From positions 1 to 64,000 of IMG/VR virus record IMGVR_UViG_3300037249_000541: a stretch of 64,000 nucleotides of DNA, one strand, 5' to 3'. Source of the DNA: a virus. Taxonomy: Duplodnaviria; Caudoviricetes. Position 1 is the stretch's first letter; every line of letters starts with the position of its first letter. The translations under genes and the position numbers were made by a program. Positions 39,768-49,269 of this stretch are shown piece by piece. Under the pieces are notes generated by a model. That model had not been told where the DNA came from, ran no database searches, and saw only the letters and a program-made list of their open reading frames with translations.

Positions 39768-41687
39768 TTAATTATCATCTGATACAGTAAAACTCCCACT
39801 ACTTGCCACATTTCCATAGAATACGTCATTCACCGTATCATACATACCGCACTCTCCTGCCTGGCGTGCTATTCCATTAGCATCGTATTTTGAGGGGATG
39901 GAGCGGAGGAGTTTGACTGGGATGTAACGTTCTACACCATCAACGGTGATTGCAGAGATAGATATTTTAAAACTATTACTACTGTGTATATCAATGCTGT
40001 TAGGTGGGAACCCATATTTGGTTACATTTGAGCCGTTACACTTAAATGTAGTTCCATCAGAAATGAATGTGCTTGGATTGTCCAAGTGGTACTTCCCTAC
40101 AACATCAGTATTTCGTGTCAAGTCCCAACACGTCAATGCTGATGAAGTATTATCCTCATTACTTTTATAATGATAGGTATATCTACTTGACGCTTGTAAT
40201 ATAACTACATTGTTATTGTTAGATAAGTTTTCTATAGTACATTCAAACACCTCAGAGTTAAGAGGGAGGATACATTTTCCATCCTCAACAATTAGTTTAT
40301 CGTGCACCTCATAATCCACTCCTTCCGCTAAATTCACTGCCTTGAACGTTCCACTTGATGCAACATTGCCGTAGAACTTATCACTAACCAAATCCCACAT
40401 ACCTGATGTACCTTTTGTACGGGCTATGTTATTAGCGTCCATAGATGCAGGCAAGTCCATAGTGAGGGTGCAGGGGATATAACGTTCAATGCCATCAACG
40501 GTGATTGAGGAAGTATCAAAGATTGCACCATCACTGATACTCACAACTTTCCACTTGATACTTCCAATAGGAAAATCGTATTGTTGGACTTGTTCTTCGT
40601 TAAATGTTAAAGAAGATGCTGAAGAATTAATAGCAACAATTCCATTTACTGATGCTAATGAAGAGTTAGATTTATATATGACTGTATTATTTTCAAAATC
40701 ATAAATATTTATTATATTATAATTACACGAATACGAAAAAGCAGCACTCCCAGTCCATAGATATGAATTATTGTCGTATTTAATAAACTTTCTCGTAAAG
40801 TTAAAGACTGAGGAATTAATTGGCAAACTTATAAATTCGGCATTAGCCGACCCATTGCTATCAAAATGCAGCCACTCCTTCCTCTCATAGTAGTTCTCCA
40901 CAGTAAATGTACCTACGCTATTCACATTACCGTAGAACTTCCCACTAATCAAGTCTATCATTCCACATTCTCCCACTTGTCTCCTGATGCCATTAGCGTC
41001 AAGCCATTTAGGTACAGGTTTGAGGAGTTGACAAGGAATCATATTGACTTTATCAACATTGAATGTAGAGTCAGTGATACGGAAGTAGGCGATGTCGCCG
41101 TGGAAATATCTTTTTTTATTAACATTGTAACTAAAAATCCATAGACTTTTACTGAAAACCATTGTAGTTCCGTCTAAATTGGTAGGGTAACTAAATTGTA
41201 CTCCATTTACACGAAAATAAAAATTTTCTCCTTCAATATGTAAATCGGTTATATCGGCATCAGTAATATGCTCCCCAGTTTCGTAAAAACCATCAGTAAT
41301 TAAACAAAACTGTACAGCCAAGCGATTGAAGCTATTAATATATGCTCGACATCTATATATGGTATCATCCGAAACTTTCTCATATAAGCCAAAAATCTCT
41401 TGCTCTTCATCGTCAGGATTTTTCGTTACTCCATCATACCTATAATGGCAACTAATGCTGTCGCTATGTAGGGGGATGTAGTCCGTATCAATATACGCCC
41501 CGTTCCTGCCGCACAGCCAATGGAATTTCTCATAATCCTCACCTTCAATCAGTGCATCTTTCCTTCTATACACCAACTTCACTGAGTTATTAGTATCAGC
41601 GTACCATATCTCTTTAACTCCTATTGTAGAGTTATTTGAATCTGCAAGTGCTACGTATGTAATATTCTTATTATTTAACTTTATCAT
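39768..41687 (-). CDS. Probable receptor-binding fibre tip protein with three tandem beta-rich domains
   Basis: Three copies of IP..L......DAN.I.R..G..GM.D.....FYGNV.S.G.F. Confidence 0.7.
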   Translation of the reverse strand: MIKLNNKNITYVALADSNNSTIGVKEIWYADTNNSVKLVYRRKDALIEGEDYEKFHWLCGRNGAYIDTDYIPLHSDSISCHYRYDGVTKNPDDEEQEIFGLYEKVSDDTIYRCRAYINSFNRLAVQFCLITDGFYETGEHITDADITDLHIEGENFYFRVNGVQFSYPTNLDGTTMVFSKSLWIFSYNVNKKRYFHGDIAYFRITDSTFNVDKVNMIPCQLLKPVPKWLDANGIRRQVGECGMIDLISGKFYGNVNSVGTFTVENYYERKEWLHFDSNGSANAEFISLPINSSVFNFTRKFIKYDNNSYLWTGSAAFSYSCNYNIINIYDFENNTVIYKSNSSLASVNGIVAINSSASSLTFNEEQVQQYDFPIGSIKWKVVSISDGAIFDTSSITVDGIERYIPCTLTMDLPASMDANNIARTKGTSGMWDLVSDKFYGNVASSGTFKAVNLAEGVDYEVHDKLIVEDGKCILPLNSEVFECTIENLSNNNNVVILQASSRYTYHYKSNEDNTSSALTCWDLTRNTDVVGKYHLDNPSTFISDGTTFKCNGSNVTKYGFPPNSIDIHSSNSFKISISAITVDGVERYIPVKLLRSIPSKYDANGIARQAGECGMYDTVNDVFYGNVASSGSFTVSDDN

Positions 41688-41705
41688 AGTTAACTCTTAA
41701 ATTTA

Positions 41706-41740
41706 AAAGCCACTGAGAATAACTAAATCCACAGTGGCTT
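41706..41740 (-). terminator. Intrinsic terminator
   Basis: AAGCCACTG / CAGTGGCTT 9-bp stem running into a short T tract on the minus strand. Confidence 0.6.
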
Positions 41741-41792
41741 AATGTTTCTCGCCACAAAGGTAATAATTTTGAAAGCAAATCACAACAATTAA

Positions 41793-42152
41793 TTACTCAG
41801 TGGGTTCTTCTGCAGGAGTAATCTCCTTTACTACTGGACGGTCATAAGTGAAGTTAATCTTCACAATCTCTTCTACGGGAATCAAATCTTCAACTTGGTG
41901 ATAAGTCTCAGTGATTTGTGTGTCAGTAGTTACGATTGAAGGATTAGTGTCCTTTGGAGAAGGCATTGTAAGAACTCCATCAGTTACAGAGGGAATCCTA
42001 CTTCCCCAATAGCCGTTTTTGAGGTCATAGGCAATCTTTTCACCGTTCCTCAATACAATCGTCATCTTAGGATTGATGCCCTTGTAAGTTGTCTTAATTT
42101 TGTCCAATTCACTGCCATTGACAATGATGGACGTTACTTGATTTTCTGTCAT
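41793..42152 (-). CDS. Hypothetical protein in the fibre block
   Basis: 119 aa ORF. Confidence 0.7.
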   Translation of the reverse strand: MTENQVTSIIVNGSELDKIKTTYKGINPKMTIVLRNGEKIAYDLKNGYWGSRIPSVTDGVLTMPSPKDTNPSIVTTDTQITETYHQVEDLIPVEEIVKINFTYDRPVVKEITPAEEPTE

Positions 42153-42164
42153 AGTTAGTTATAT

Positions 42165-43193
42165 TTAAGAGTTATTATCAAATACGAAATAAAGTTTACC
42201 TTGTTCATAGGTACTTAATGCTTCAAAGTCAGTTTCAGAGATATTGATACCTGAAACTTTCTCTTGGAGTTCCTTACCCCATCTATCAATAGCAATAAGC
42301 ATATAGTTACCATTGTAGATGAATAAACATTTATCCCCTGCCTTGATTACACCTGCTGCAATACGTGAACCTTGGAAGTGGATTTCTTTTGCACCTTGGC
42401 TATTGATATTTAACGTAGCTTGAGCAGGAACGTCATACTGGAAGTAAACAACTACTAAACCTCCATTTACTAAGTTGTAATTGCTTAATGATACAGTCTT
42501 TGCAGCAGTTGTAGCGGCAGTGGTACAAGATGCATAGCCAAATCCAAGGATTTGTGGATTGTACATACTGTCAATGTCAACTCCGTGGCTTACCCAAACC
42601 CAATGAGTTCCATTAAAGATATAATAAACATATTTATTGGCTGCACCATAACAATTACCAGATATTGGACGGTTATTTTCTCCAGTATTATACCATACGG
42701 GATATGCAGAAGTGTTGTTCACCTTTATCTTTCCAGGTTCATCATTTATATGATTGGAATCGTCATTTGCAAACTTCACTGCAATACAACTCCCCACAAT
42801 CGGAGTTTCAACACCATTGACTAATTGAGTAGGGAAGTTAGGGATGTCCACTTGCTTGATGGCTACGTTACCTGCTGTGGAGCAAGTGCCTAAGTAAAAT
42901 CTTGGGGCAATATCAATAGCCTTCTTAATGTTACCACTGTTTACAAGATTGCTACTATTTGCCGTTGGTTCACTATCATATTCCAATACAGGACAAGGGT
43001 ATATTTTTGCGTGTGTGTAAATACAAGACAATGGCTTAATGTAAGCAATGTCTGTATATAGAATATCAGGAGTACCTTCTACAATAGTGTCAGTACCTCC
43101 TGTAAAATAGTGAGTATTTGTTGAATCATAAGAGAATTTCAACGAATTAAACTCACTAAGTGTCTCTATGTGATGTGCCTTTGGTAAAGCCAT
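42165..43193 (-). CDS. Tail fibre segment protein
   Basis: Two copies of a fibre module (CSTAGNVAIKQV / CTTAATTAAKTV..TLNINSQGAKEI); C-terminal ETDFEAL....KLYFV adaptor motif. Confidence 0.7.
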   Translation of the reverse strand: MALPKAHHIETLSEFNSLKFSYDSTNTHYFTGGTDTIVEGTPDILYTDIAYIKPLSCIYTHAKIYPCPVLEYDSEPTANSSNLVNSGNIKKAIDIAPRFYLGTCSTAGNVAIKQVDIPNFPTQLVNGVETPIVGSCIAVKFANDDSNHINDEPGKIKVNNTSAYPVWYNTGENNRPISGNCYGAANKYVYYIFNGTHWVWVSHGVDIDSMYNPQILGFGYASCTTAATTAAKTVSLSNYNLVNGGLVVVYFQYDVPAQATLNINSQGAKEIHFQGSRIAAGVIKAGDKCLFIYNGNYMLIAIDRWGKELQEKVSGINISETDFEALSTYEQGKLYFVFDNNS

Positions 43194-43212
43194 TTCCTTT
43201 ATGTTTTAATTA

Positions 43213-44442
43213 TTAATGTTCTACCCAACCCAAATCAGCAATGTTAGCCTTTGCATTAAGTTGAGTTTGAATACTTGATGTAACTCCAGATACGTATCCT
43301 AACTCTGTTGATGTAACATTTGATACTGCAACCTTACCATTAGCATCTGAAATAAGTGCTTTGGATGCTGTAAGGTCATTTGTTGTGATAGTTGTTGCTG
43401 CACCTGTTATAGTTGCTTGCTTTGTTGCAATGGCAGCAGCATTATCTGCAATACCTTTTGCAAGTTTACCTACTGCAATGTCAACTTTATCACCAGCAGC
43501 GGGTTCAGTATATACTTGTGCCTTGGCATAATTGCTTGAAAGCAATACATTATCACCGTTGTACACGATAAACAGTTCTGCAATAGACATCCTGATAACA
43601 GTGTGTGTAGGTTCGCCTTGTACAGTGTTAAATGTAAACTTCAAATACGGAAGTGTCGGATAGTTACTATTAGATGTAGAACCTGTAGCCTCTGTAGCAC
43701 TGGTAAGTTCAGTAATTGTAGAACTGCCACCATCTTCATATGAAGTACCATAGTAAGATATTGTTGTATCATTATCATAGCCTCCCCAATCAGTTACATT
43801 GAATTGGTAAGTAGCAGGAATAGACAACCACTTATTAAATTCAGTTCCTTCGGTTTGGTAAGAATTGTAAGCATCTGGTTTATTATGACCAATGGTAATA
43901 GAAGTCCACTCAGATAAACTACCAGTTGATTGGAACTTCACTATGAATGTTCCTTGATTAGAGAAACTATAGTTATTTTTAGAATCATCAAAGTTGGCAT
44001 TTTTAATTATATATGCTTTATTTGAATCAAGTGTTGGAATTACTTTAAACGTAAAATCTGTATCACCTGCCCCAGTATAAACAATTGAATCAAAATCAGT
44101 AGCATCAAGTTCTACAATAGGATAGTTAGTGCCGTTTACTGAAAGTACAGCACTTGAACCTTCAGGCGTTGTAATAAGTTCAACACTTTCCAACATACCG
44201 TCCTTAATGAACGGAGAAGCATCAAGTTCTGAAATTATAGTACTGCCATTTTTCAGTTGGAGTTTCTGTGTTGCACTGTTGTAGTATTGAGACAGATTAT
44301 TTAATGTCCAAAAATGTCCGTGAGTAAACAATTCCATAGTGTCCTCAATAAACACTACCGAGTTGTTAAATACTGTTGTTGCTCCCCTTGCAGTGTCAAA
44401 TGCTGCCCTTGTAGGGAAATATTCAAATTTAGGTACTGCCAT
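43213..44442 (-). CDS. Tail fibre segment protein
   Basis: VVFIEDTMELFTHG N-domain; FIKDGMLESV; KALISDANGKVAVS.VTSTELGYVSGVTSSIQTQLN fibre motif. Confidence 0.7.
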   Translation of the reverse strand: MAVPKFEYFPTRAAFDTARGATTVFNNSVVFIEDTMELFTHGHFWTLNNLSQYYNSATQKLQLKNGSTIISELDASPFIKDGMLESVELITTPEGSSAVLSVNGTNYPIVELDATDFDSIVYTGAGDTDFTFKVIPTLDSNKAYIIKNANFDDSKNNYSFSNQGTFIVKFQSTGSLSEWTSITIGHNKPDAYNSYQTEGTEFNKWLSIPATYQFNVTDWGGYDNDTTISYYGTSYEDGGSSTITELTSATEATGSTSNSNYPTLPYLKFTFNTVQGEPTHTVIRMSIAELFIVYNGDNVLLSSNYAKAQVYTEPAAGDKVDIAVGKLAKGIADNAAAIATKQATITGAATTITTNDLTASKALISDANGKVAVSNVTSTELGYVSGVTSSIQTQLNAKANIADLGWVEH

Positions 44443-44473
44443 TTTAATTTCTTTTATATTGTTAATAATATTG

Positions 44474-46030
44474 TTAATGTTCTATCCAACCAATTTCAGA
44501 ATCTGTTACATAATGTGAAGTATCTTCTTCTGGTGGAACACATTGTTGCCATTCTTCTGTATCAATATCAATAGTTTCTTGAGATACTCCTTGTACATAT
44601 TCACTACTCAAATAAAGGAAATCACACACTTGTTTGTAATGTTCTCCATTATAATCAAGTGCTAACAATAGATATTGATTATTAGCCACATCATTGTAAC
44701 AATATATTTTCCTACCATCAGTGCTTTTGAATATAACTATATCTGACTCTTGGAAAAACTCTTGAACAATTGGAGTGGATATTTTCGCATAAAGTTCTGG
44801 ACCAGACCTGTCAGTATATATAATTCTACGTGGGTATTTAATGCCTTGATATGTAGAATAATATACAGTTTCTACTTTAAGAAAATGGTATGTGTTCTCA
44901 CTTCCGCCTATCCAATATAAACCGATTGCATTTTCTTTTATTTCATAATTATTTCCATCCTGATATACATTTATACAGCCACCCCCACTTGTATAACTCC
45001 AAGTTGATGCTTTAAGTATATTTCCAGAAACTTCATCTGTTTCGTTTGTTTTATAATATATACCCCTCGTAATGCCACATACCGATAGACCAGTATCGGA
45101 ATCCACCCACTGACCATTAACATTAATATAATCAGTACCAGATGGTATTACAATCTGTGTTCCTACTTTTTTATAATTGAAGCCATTAGTGTACTTAGAG
45201 TTTGTTTCTCCTATATACTGTACTATCTTGCCCTCAGATGCTTGAAAGTTATCCAAGTCATCTACTTGTTCAAGATATTTACCTGTATATACAGTACCAT
45301 CATTCCTTAAAAGACCCTCAATATCACTTTTACGTACAAGGTCAGTAGGCTTGTTTAATATTTGTGATTTACCTGATTCAGAGTTCCAATCTGCATTTAC
45401 TTGTGCTTCGGGGATTGTAGGCTTATTTTGTATAAACGCTTTGGAAGATTCATTACTCTCATTCCAATCAGCCTGTACCTGAGCATCAGGTATCTCAGGC
45501 TTATTCAAGATATAAGCCTTAGAAGTTTCATCTGTTTCATTCCAATTTGATTGCACCTGTTGGATTGGATTATGTTCAATATAATCTTCTACTGCTTCTA
45601 TTACATTATCAGATATATTTTGTATATTATTTTCGTAATCACTCTTTAAAAGGAAAGGGTAGGATTTTAAATTACGGCGGTCAATAATGGCTGCACTATC
45701 TTCCAGTAGAAGAACAGGTTCTGGGTTTGGATATAACTCTTCTATACAAAGGATGTGTATATACTCTCTAAAGCCATTAAACTTGCTGTTTTGGATAAAT
45801 ACATATTGTGCATTACACAAATCTTTTGCTTGAACAACAGCTACACCTGAGAACTTAGTAACACCTGAAACTTCGTATTTAATAGCCCACAAGCGTAGTG
45901 GATGATGACATTCACATTTATCATTATCACAGCAATGAACTGGTGTAGATGGGTTGTGAACATAATCAGCATTTTGAGGAATCTCATTAGGCTTGTAATT
46001 ACTATCTATATATGTATTTTCATTAGGCAT
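44474..46030 (-). CDS. Tail fibre (proximal) protein
   Basis: Three QV..[DN]WN......[YFQ]I.NKP repeats. Confidence 0.65.
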   Translation of the reverse strand: MPNENTYIDSNYKPNEIPQNADYVHNPSTPVHCCDNDKCECHHPLRLWAIKYEVSGVTKFSGVAVVQAKDLCNAQYVFIQNSKFNGFREYIHILCIEELYPNPEPVLLLEDSAAIIDRRNLKSYPFLLKSDYENNIQNISDNVIEAVEDYIEHNPIQQVQSNWNETDETSKAYILNKPEIPDAQVQADWNESNESSKAFIQNKPTIPEAQVNADWNSESGKSQILNKPTDLVRKSDIEGLLRNDGTVYTGKYLEQVDDLDNFQASEGKIVQYIGETNSKYTNGFNYKKVGTQIVIPSGTDYINVNGQWVDSDTGLSVCGITRGIYYKTNETDEVSGNILKASTWSYTSGGGCINVYQDGNNYEIKENAIGLYWIGGSENTYHFLKVETVYYSTYQGIKYPRRIIYTDRSGPELYAKISTPIVQEFFQESDIVIFKSTDGRKIYCYNDVANNQYLLLALDYNGEHYKQVCDFLYLSSEYVQGVSQETIDIDTEEWQQCVPPEEDTSHYVTDSEIGWIEH

Positions 46031-46379
46031 TTTCTTTATCGTCTATTGTTTTTATAATAACATCGTCAGAATTAGTTATTCTCTTAGGGCAGTTTGCTCT
46101 CATACAATTATATCTTAGCATAAGTTCTACCTGCGCTTTGAGAATAGTAAGCTCGCTTTTAAGTTGTAAATTTTCATCCAATACTTCTTTTAGTTTTGCT
46201 TGATTTTCTTTTATTCTGTCTTTGTTATCATCCGAAATTTGTTTGTAAATATCAAGAGCTTCTTTTAATCCTGATATAACAGAATTATCTACCTCTGCAT
46301 TATATTTACGTCTGGCTAAAAACCAAGCTAATACAGAAGAACACGCTGCTACAATTCCATTTAATATTATATCATTCAT
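46023..46379 (-). CDS. Holin-like single-transmembrane, coiled-coil protein
   Basis: IILNGIVAACSSVLAWFLARRKY then coiled coil ending C....C..R. Confidence 0.5.
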   Translation of the reverse strand: MNDIILNGIVAACSSVLAWFLARRKYNAEVDNSVISGLKEALDIYKQISDDNKDRIKENQAKLKEVLDENLQLKSELTILKAQVELMLRYNCMRANCPKRITNSDDVIIKTIDDKENA

Positions 46380-46381
46380 AA

Positions 46382-46594
46382 TTACTCTTTACTTGTTTTA
46401 CTTGATTTCTTTTTAAGAGTTTCTAACTCTTTTTTAGTTGTATTTAACTCGTCTATTAATTTGTTTATTTTAGATGTTAATGTAGTACCGTCAGACATAA
46501 ATACACTGTCTGAAATAGTTGTTGGTGCTACTGGTACATCTGCTTTTATTCTTGCATTGGCAATATTTTTGCCATAAAGTTGTATTGCTATCAT
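46382..46594 (-). CDS. Short head-fibre-like protein
   Basis: VAPTTISDSVFMSDGTTL motif resembling the N-terminus of 37686..39464, then coiled coil; directly after portal. Confidence 0.5.
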   Translation of the reverse strand: MIAIQLYGKNIANARIKADVPVAPTTISDSVFMSDGTTLTSKINKLIDELNTTKKELETLKKKSSKTSKE

Positions 46595-46604
46595 AATAGT
46601 TTAA

Positions 46605-49193
46605 TTATTTAGAATTATTATTACGTTTTTGCATCCTTTGGACGTTTATTTGTTTTTCTTTAAGCATTTTATCTTGACTTAACTTTTTCTCGTTAAATCG
46701 AAGATTTTGTTCGTTATTTATTCTTGTGTCTTTTAATTTATCATCAGTTTGTTTTGCTTTTATATCAAATTGTCTTTTTTGTTCTTCGAGTTGAGCTATT
46801 CTTACAGCTAAATCACCGCCACCATCATCTGCACCTTCTATTTGCATAGCAGTAGTCTGAACTTTATTGTTGGCTTGAATATTTGCAACTTCAATCTTTG
46901 TTTCATTATCCCTCTGGTTCATTAATTCTTGTAGCTGCAATTGTTGCTGTTGTAATTGCATTTGCATCTGAACAGCCTCTTGCTGTTGCTGTAATTGTTC
47001 TTGCTGTGATTGTTGTGCTTGCTGAATCTTCTCTTGTTCATCCTTTTCAACCATACGTTGTTTCTCTGCAAGAGATGCAGTACCATATAGTTTCATTATA
47101 GTAGAAAATGATAATACTTGGTTTTGTAATGCAGCCTGAGCAAGCATTTCCATATTTTGTTTTAGTGTCTGAGAAGCGTCGGAATTATCAACAACAAGAC
47201 CGTAATCACATTCAGCAAATTCATCTCCATCAATATCTATCAACTTATTGGCAAAATCATCTGATATATATTGGAATTTCTTTGATTTGCCCTTCATTGC
47301 AATCTTTGCTGTTTCAAGAAAAGCTTCAAGAACTCTCTTGATTGTATCTTCGTGCTTTAAAAACAACCATTCAGTAATATAAGAAGATTGTAACGTTGCT
47401 CTTTCTACGCCACCAACAGTTTCTCTGTTACTTACTTGACCTTCTCTTTGCCTTGAAATACCAACTATTTCAGACATTACATTACGTACATATTCAAGTA
47501 TTTCAGTATAAGCTCTTATAACTTCCATCTGAGAAGCCTGTATGCCACCAACAGAGTTGTTATTCAAAGCTCCTGCGAGTTTGCCAGTAGCAGAACCTAT
47601 ATTACCTTCATTAAATGAATCTTGAATTAATATACCAAGAGTTTTAGCATAATGCATATATTTTTCAAAAGACCATCCTCTTGGCATTTTAGCAAGGTCA
47701 ACATTTACCAGAAAACCATAATCCCTTGCGATAAATCTTTCCATCTTCGCATGAATAACATCATACAAATATGCGTATGGCTTCATCATATCTACGAGAG
47801 AGAATGGTTTGTTTTCGTTAAGTGAGTAAATTGTACCAACTATACCAAAACTACATTTTGATGGATTAGATATGGAATTATATTGAACTGGGCAAGGTCT
47901 AATGTTAACATATATATCTTTACCTATCTTTGTACCTTCCCAAGCTTGGTTAATCCAATATATTTTCTCCGTTTCACCTTTTGCTTTATCAATGATATAG
48001 TCTTCATCATAGAACTTTTGTATCTCCTCGCCAGTTTGTGGGTCGTAAGAAGTAACCTTCTTTATCTTTCTTCTTGACTTCCAGTACATCCTTAATACCC
48101 TTATATTGCCTTCACCGTCAAATGGAGATAACTGTGATATTGCTGCATCACCGTAAGCTGCTGCTGGATTGAAATATATGTCATCTTCTGGGTTAACAAT
48201 AACATCTGTAATCATTGGTCTTCTGACGAATCCTTGTCTTTCATCAATACTATTCATATTATCTGGACTTGCAGGTTCGCCAGTAGCACCCATTTGTTCA
48301 AGCTTTTTAACATCGCTTGGTGTTAAAGCATCGTAGAAAGTATCATATATAGCACCAAGTCCCCAATAGTCTTCTATGATTATAACATCAGCATCTTCTA
48401 TTTTATTTGAATAACCACAACCAAATGCTGATACCTTAAGGTTATTAAGTCTTTTTACTCTTGGTTCCCCACCAACTATCTCACATTGATACAATTCCTC
48501 ACCAACTGTCATAGCATCCATAAGACCATCATTGAACATAACATTAAAGTTTTGCTCCTTTGAATAGTGATGAAGAAGCGTATTACCTCTCATCTCTCTT
48601 ATGTCCTGATATTGGTAAGTATAGTAATCTGTTATTCTTTTTAACTTTTCTTCAAAAGCTTGTTGAGCCTGTCCTTGTTGATAAGCAGACTGCTGTGGTT
48701 GCTGACCTTGTTCTTGCGCTTGCTGTTGCTCCATCTGCTGTTGCTGCTGCTCCATTTGCGCTTGTTGATACAATTCAGCATTCTGCTCTTTTATTAATTC
48801 TAAAACGGCATTATATACTTCATCCTTTTTCTTTGTTTCAATTTCAGATATAGATGTAGGGTTAGTAATAATAACCCTGTAATCAAACACTCTTTTGCTT
48901 GCTTCACCTCTTAGTACATTTAATTTTGAATTAATTATAGGATAATGTTGTATCTTATTCGGAATGAAGCTTCCTTTGATTCCATCAGGATTTATAGTAT
49001 TTGCTATATCTTTCATATGTATAATGCCATTCACCAAGTCGTAATTGATTTTCTTATGGATTGCAGTGTTCCTGATTAATCCATAATTCCAATATGACTT
49101 GGTGTCCGCCCAATCAAGATGCTTTTGTCGCCACTCCTTACCTTTACTTCTGAAAGATAATTGTTGTGGCGGGAATGAACTATTTGCAAACAT
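46605..49193 (-). CDS. Portal protein
   Basis: Likely start MFANSSFPPQQ at 49193; IQHYPIINSKLNVLRGE, GISRQREGQVSNRETVGGVER; follows the terminase. Confidence 0.9.
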   Translation of the reverse strand: MFANSSFPPQQLSFRSKGKEWRQKHLDWADTKSYWNYGLIRNTAIHKKINYDLVNGIIHMKDIANTINPDGIKGSFIPNKIQHYPIINSKLNVLRGEASKRVFDYRVIITNPTSISEIETKKKDEVYNAVLELIKEQNAELYQQAQMEQQQQQMEQQQAQEQGQQPQQSAYQQGQAQQAFEEKLKRITDYYTYQYQDIREMRGNTLLHHYSKEQNFNVMFNDGLMDAMTVGEELYQCEIVGGEPRVKRLNNLKVSAFGCGYSNKIEDADVIIIEDYWGLGAIYDTFYDALTPSDVKKLEQMGATGEPASPDNMNSIDERQGFVRRPMITDVIVNPEDDIYFNPAAAYGDAAISQLSPFDGEGNIRVLRMYWKSRRKIKKVTSYDPQTGEEIQKFYDEDYIIDKAKGETEKIYWINQAWEGTKIGKDIYVNIRPCPVQYNSISNPSKCSFGIVGTIYSLNENKPFSLVDMMKPYAYLYDVIHAKMERFIARDYGFLVNVDLAKMPRGWSFEKYMHYAKTLGILIQDSFNEGNIGSATGKLAGALNNNSVGGIQASQMEVIRAYTEILEYVRNVMSEIVGISRQREGQVSNRETVGGVERATLQSSYITEWLFLKHEDTIKRVLEAFLETAKIAMKGKSKKFQYISDDFANKLIDIDGDEFAECDYGLVVDNSDASQTLKQNMEMLAQAALQNQVLSFSTIMKLYGTASLAEKQRMVEKDEQEKIQQAQQSQQEQLQQQQEAVQMQMQLQQQQLQLQELMNQRDNETKIEVANIQANNKVQTTAMQIEGADDGGGDLAVRIAQLEEQKRQFDIKAKQTDDKLKDTRINNEQNLRFNEKKLSQDKMLKEKQINVQRMQKRNNNSK

Positions 49194-49222
49194 ATTATTA
49201 TAATTTTTATGCAAAAATAAAA

Positions 49223-49250
49223 ACAAGAGTTGTAGTGTTGCAACTCTTGT
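49223..49250 (-). terminator. Hairpin/terminator between terminase and portal, adjacent to a TATTTTTG -7 element
   Basis: ACAAGAGTTG / CAACTCTTGT 10-bp stem followed by a T run on the minus strand. Confidence 0.65.
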
Positions 49251-49269
49251 AATTATTAAACTATGTTAT

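Noticed and set aside
39768-41687. Diversity-generating retroelement or invertible shufflon at the fibre tip
   Set aside because: Repeats are in-frame, divergent at all four bases and directly oriented. No reverse transcriptase or recombinase gene is seen in the window.
48640-48790. Gln-rich insertion in portal as an intein or mobile element
   Set aside because: Low-complexity CAG/CAA expansion, in frame, with no splicing motifs.
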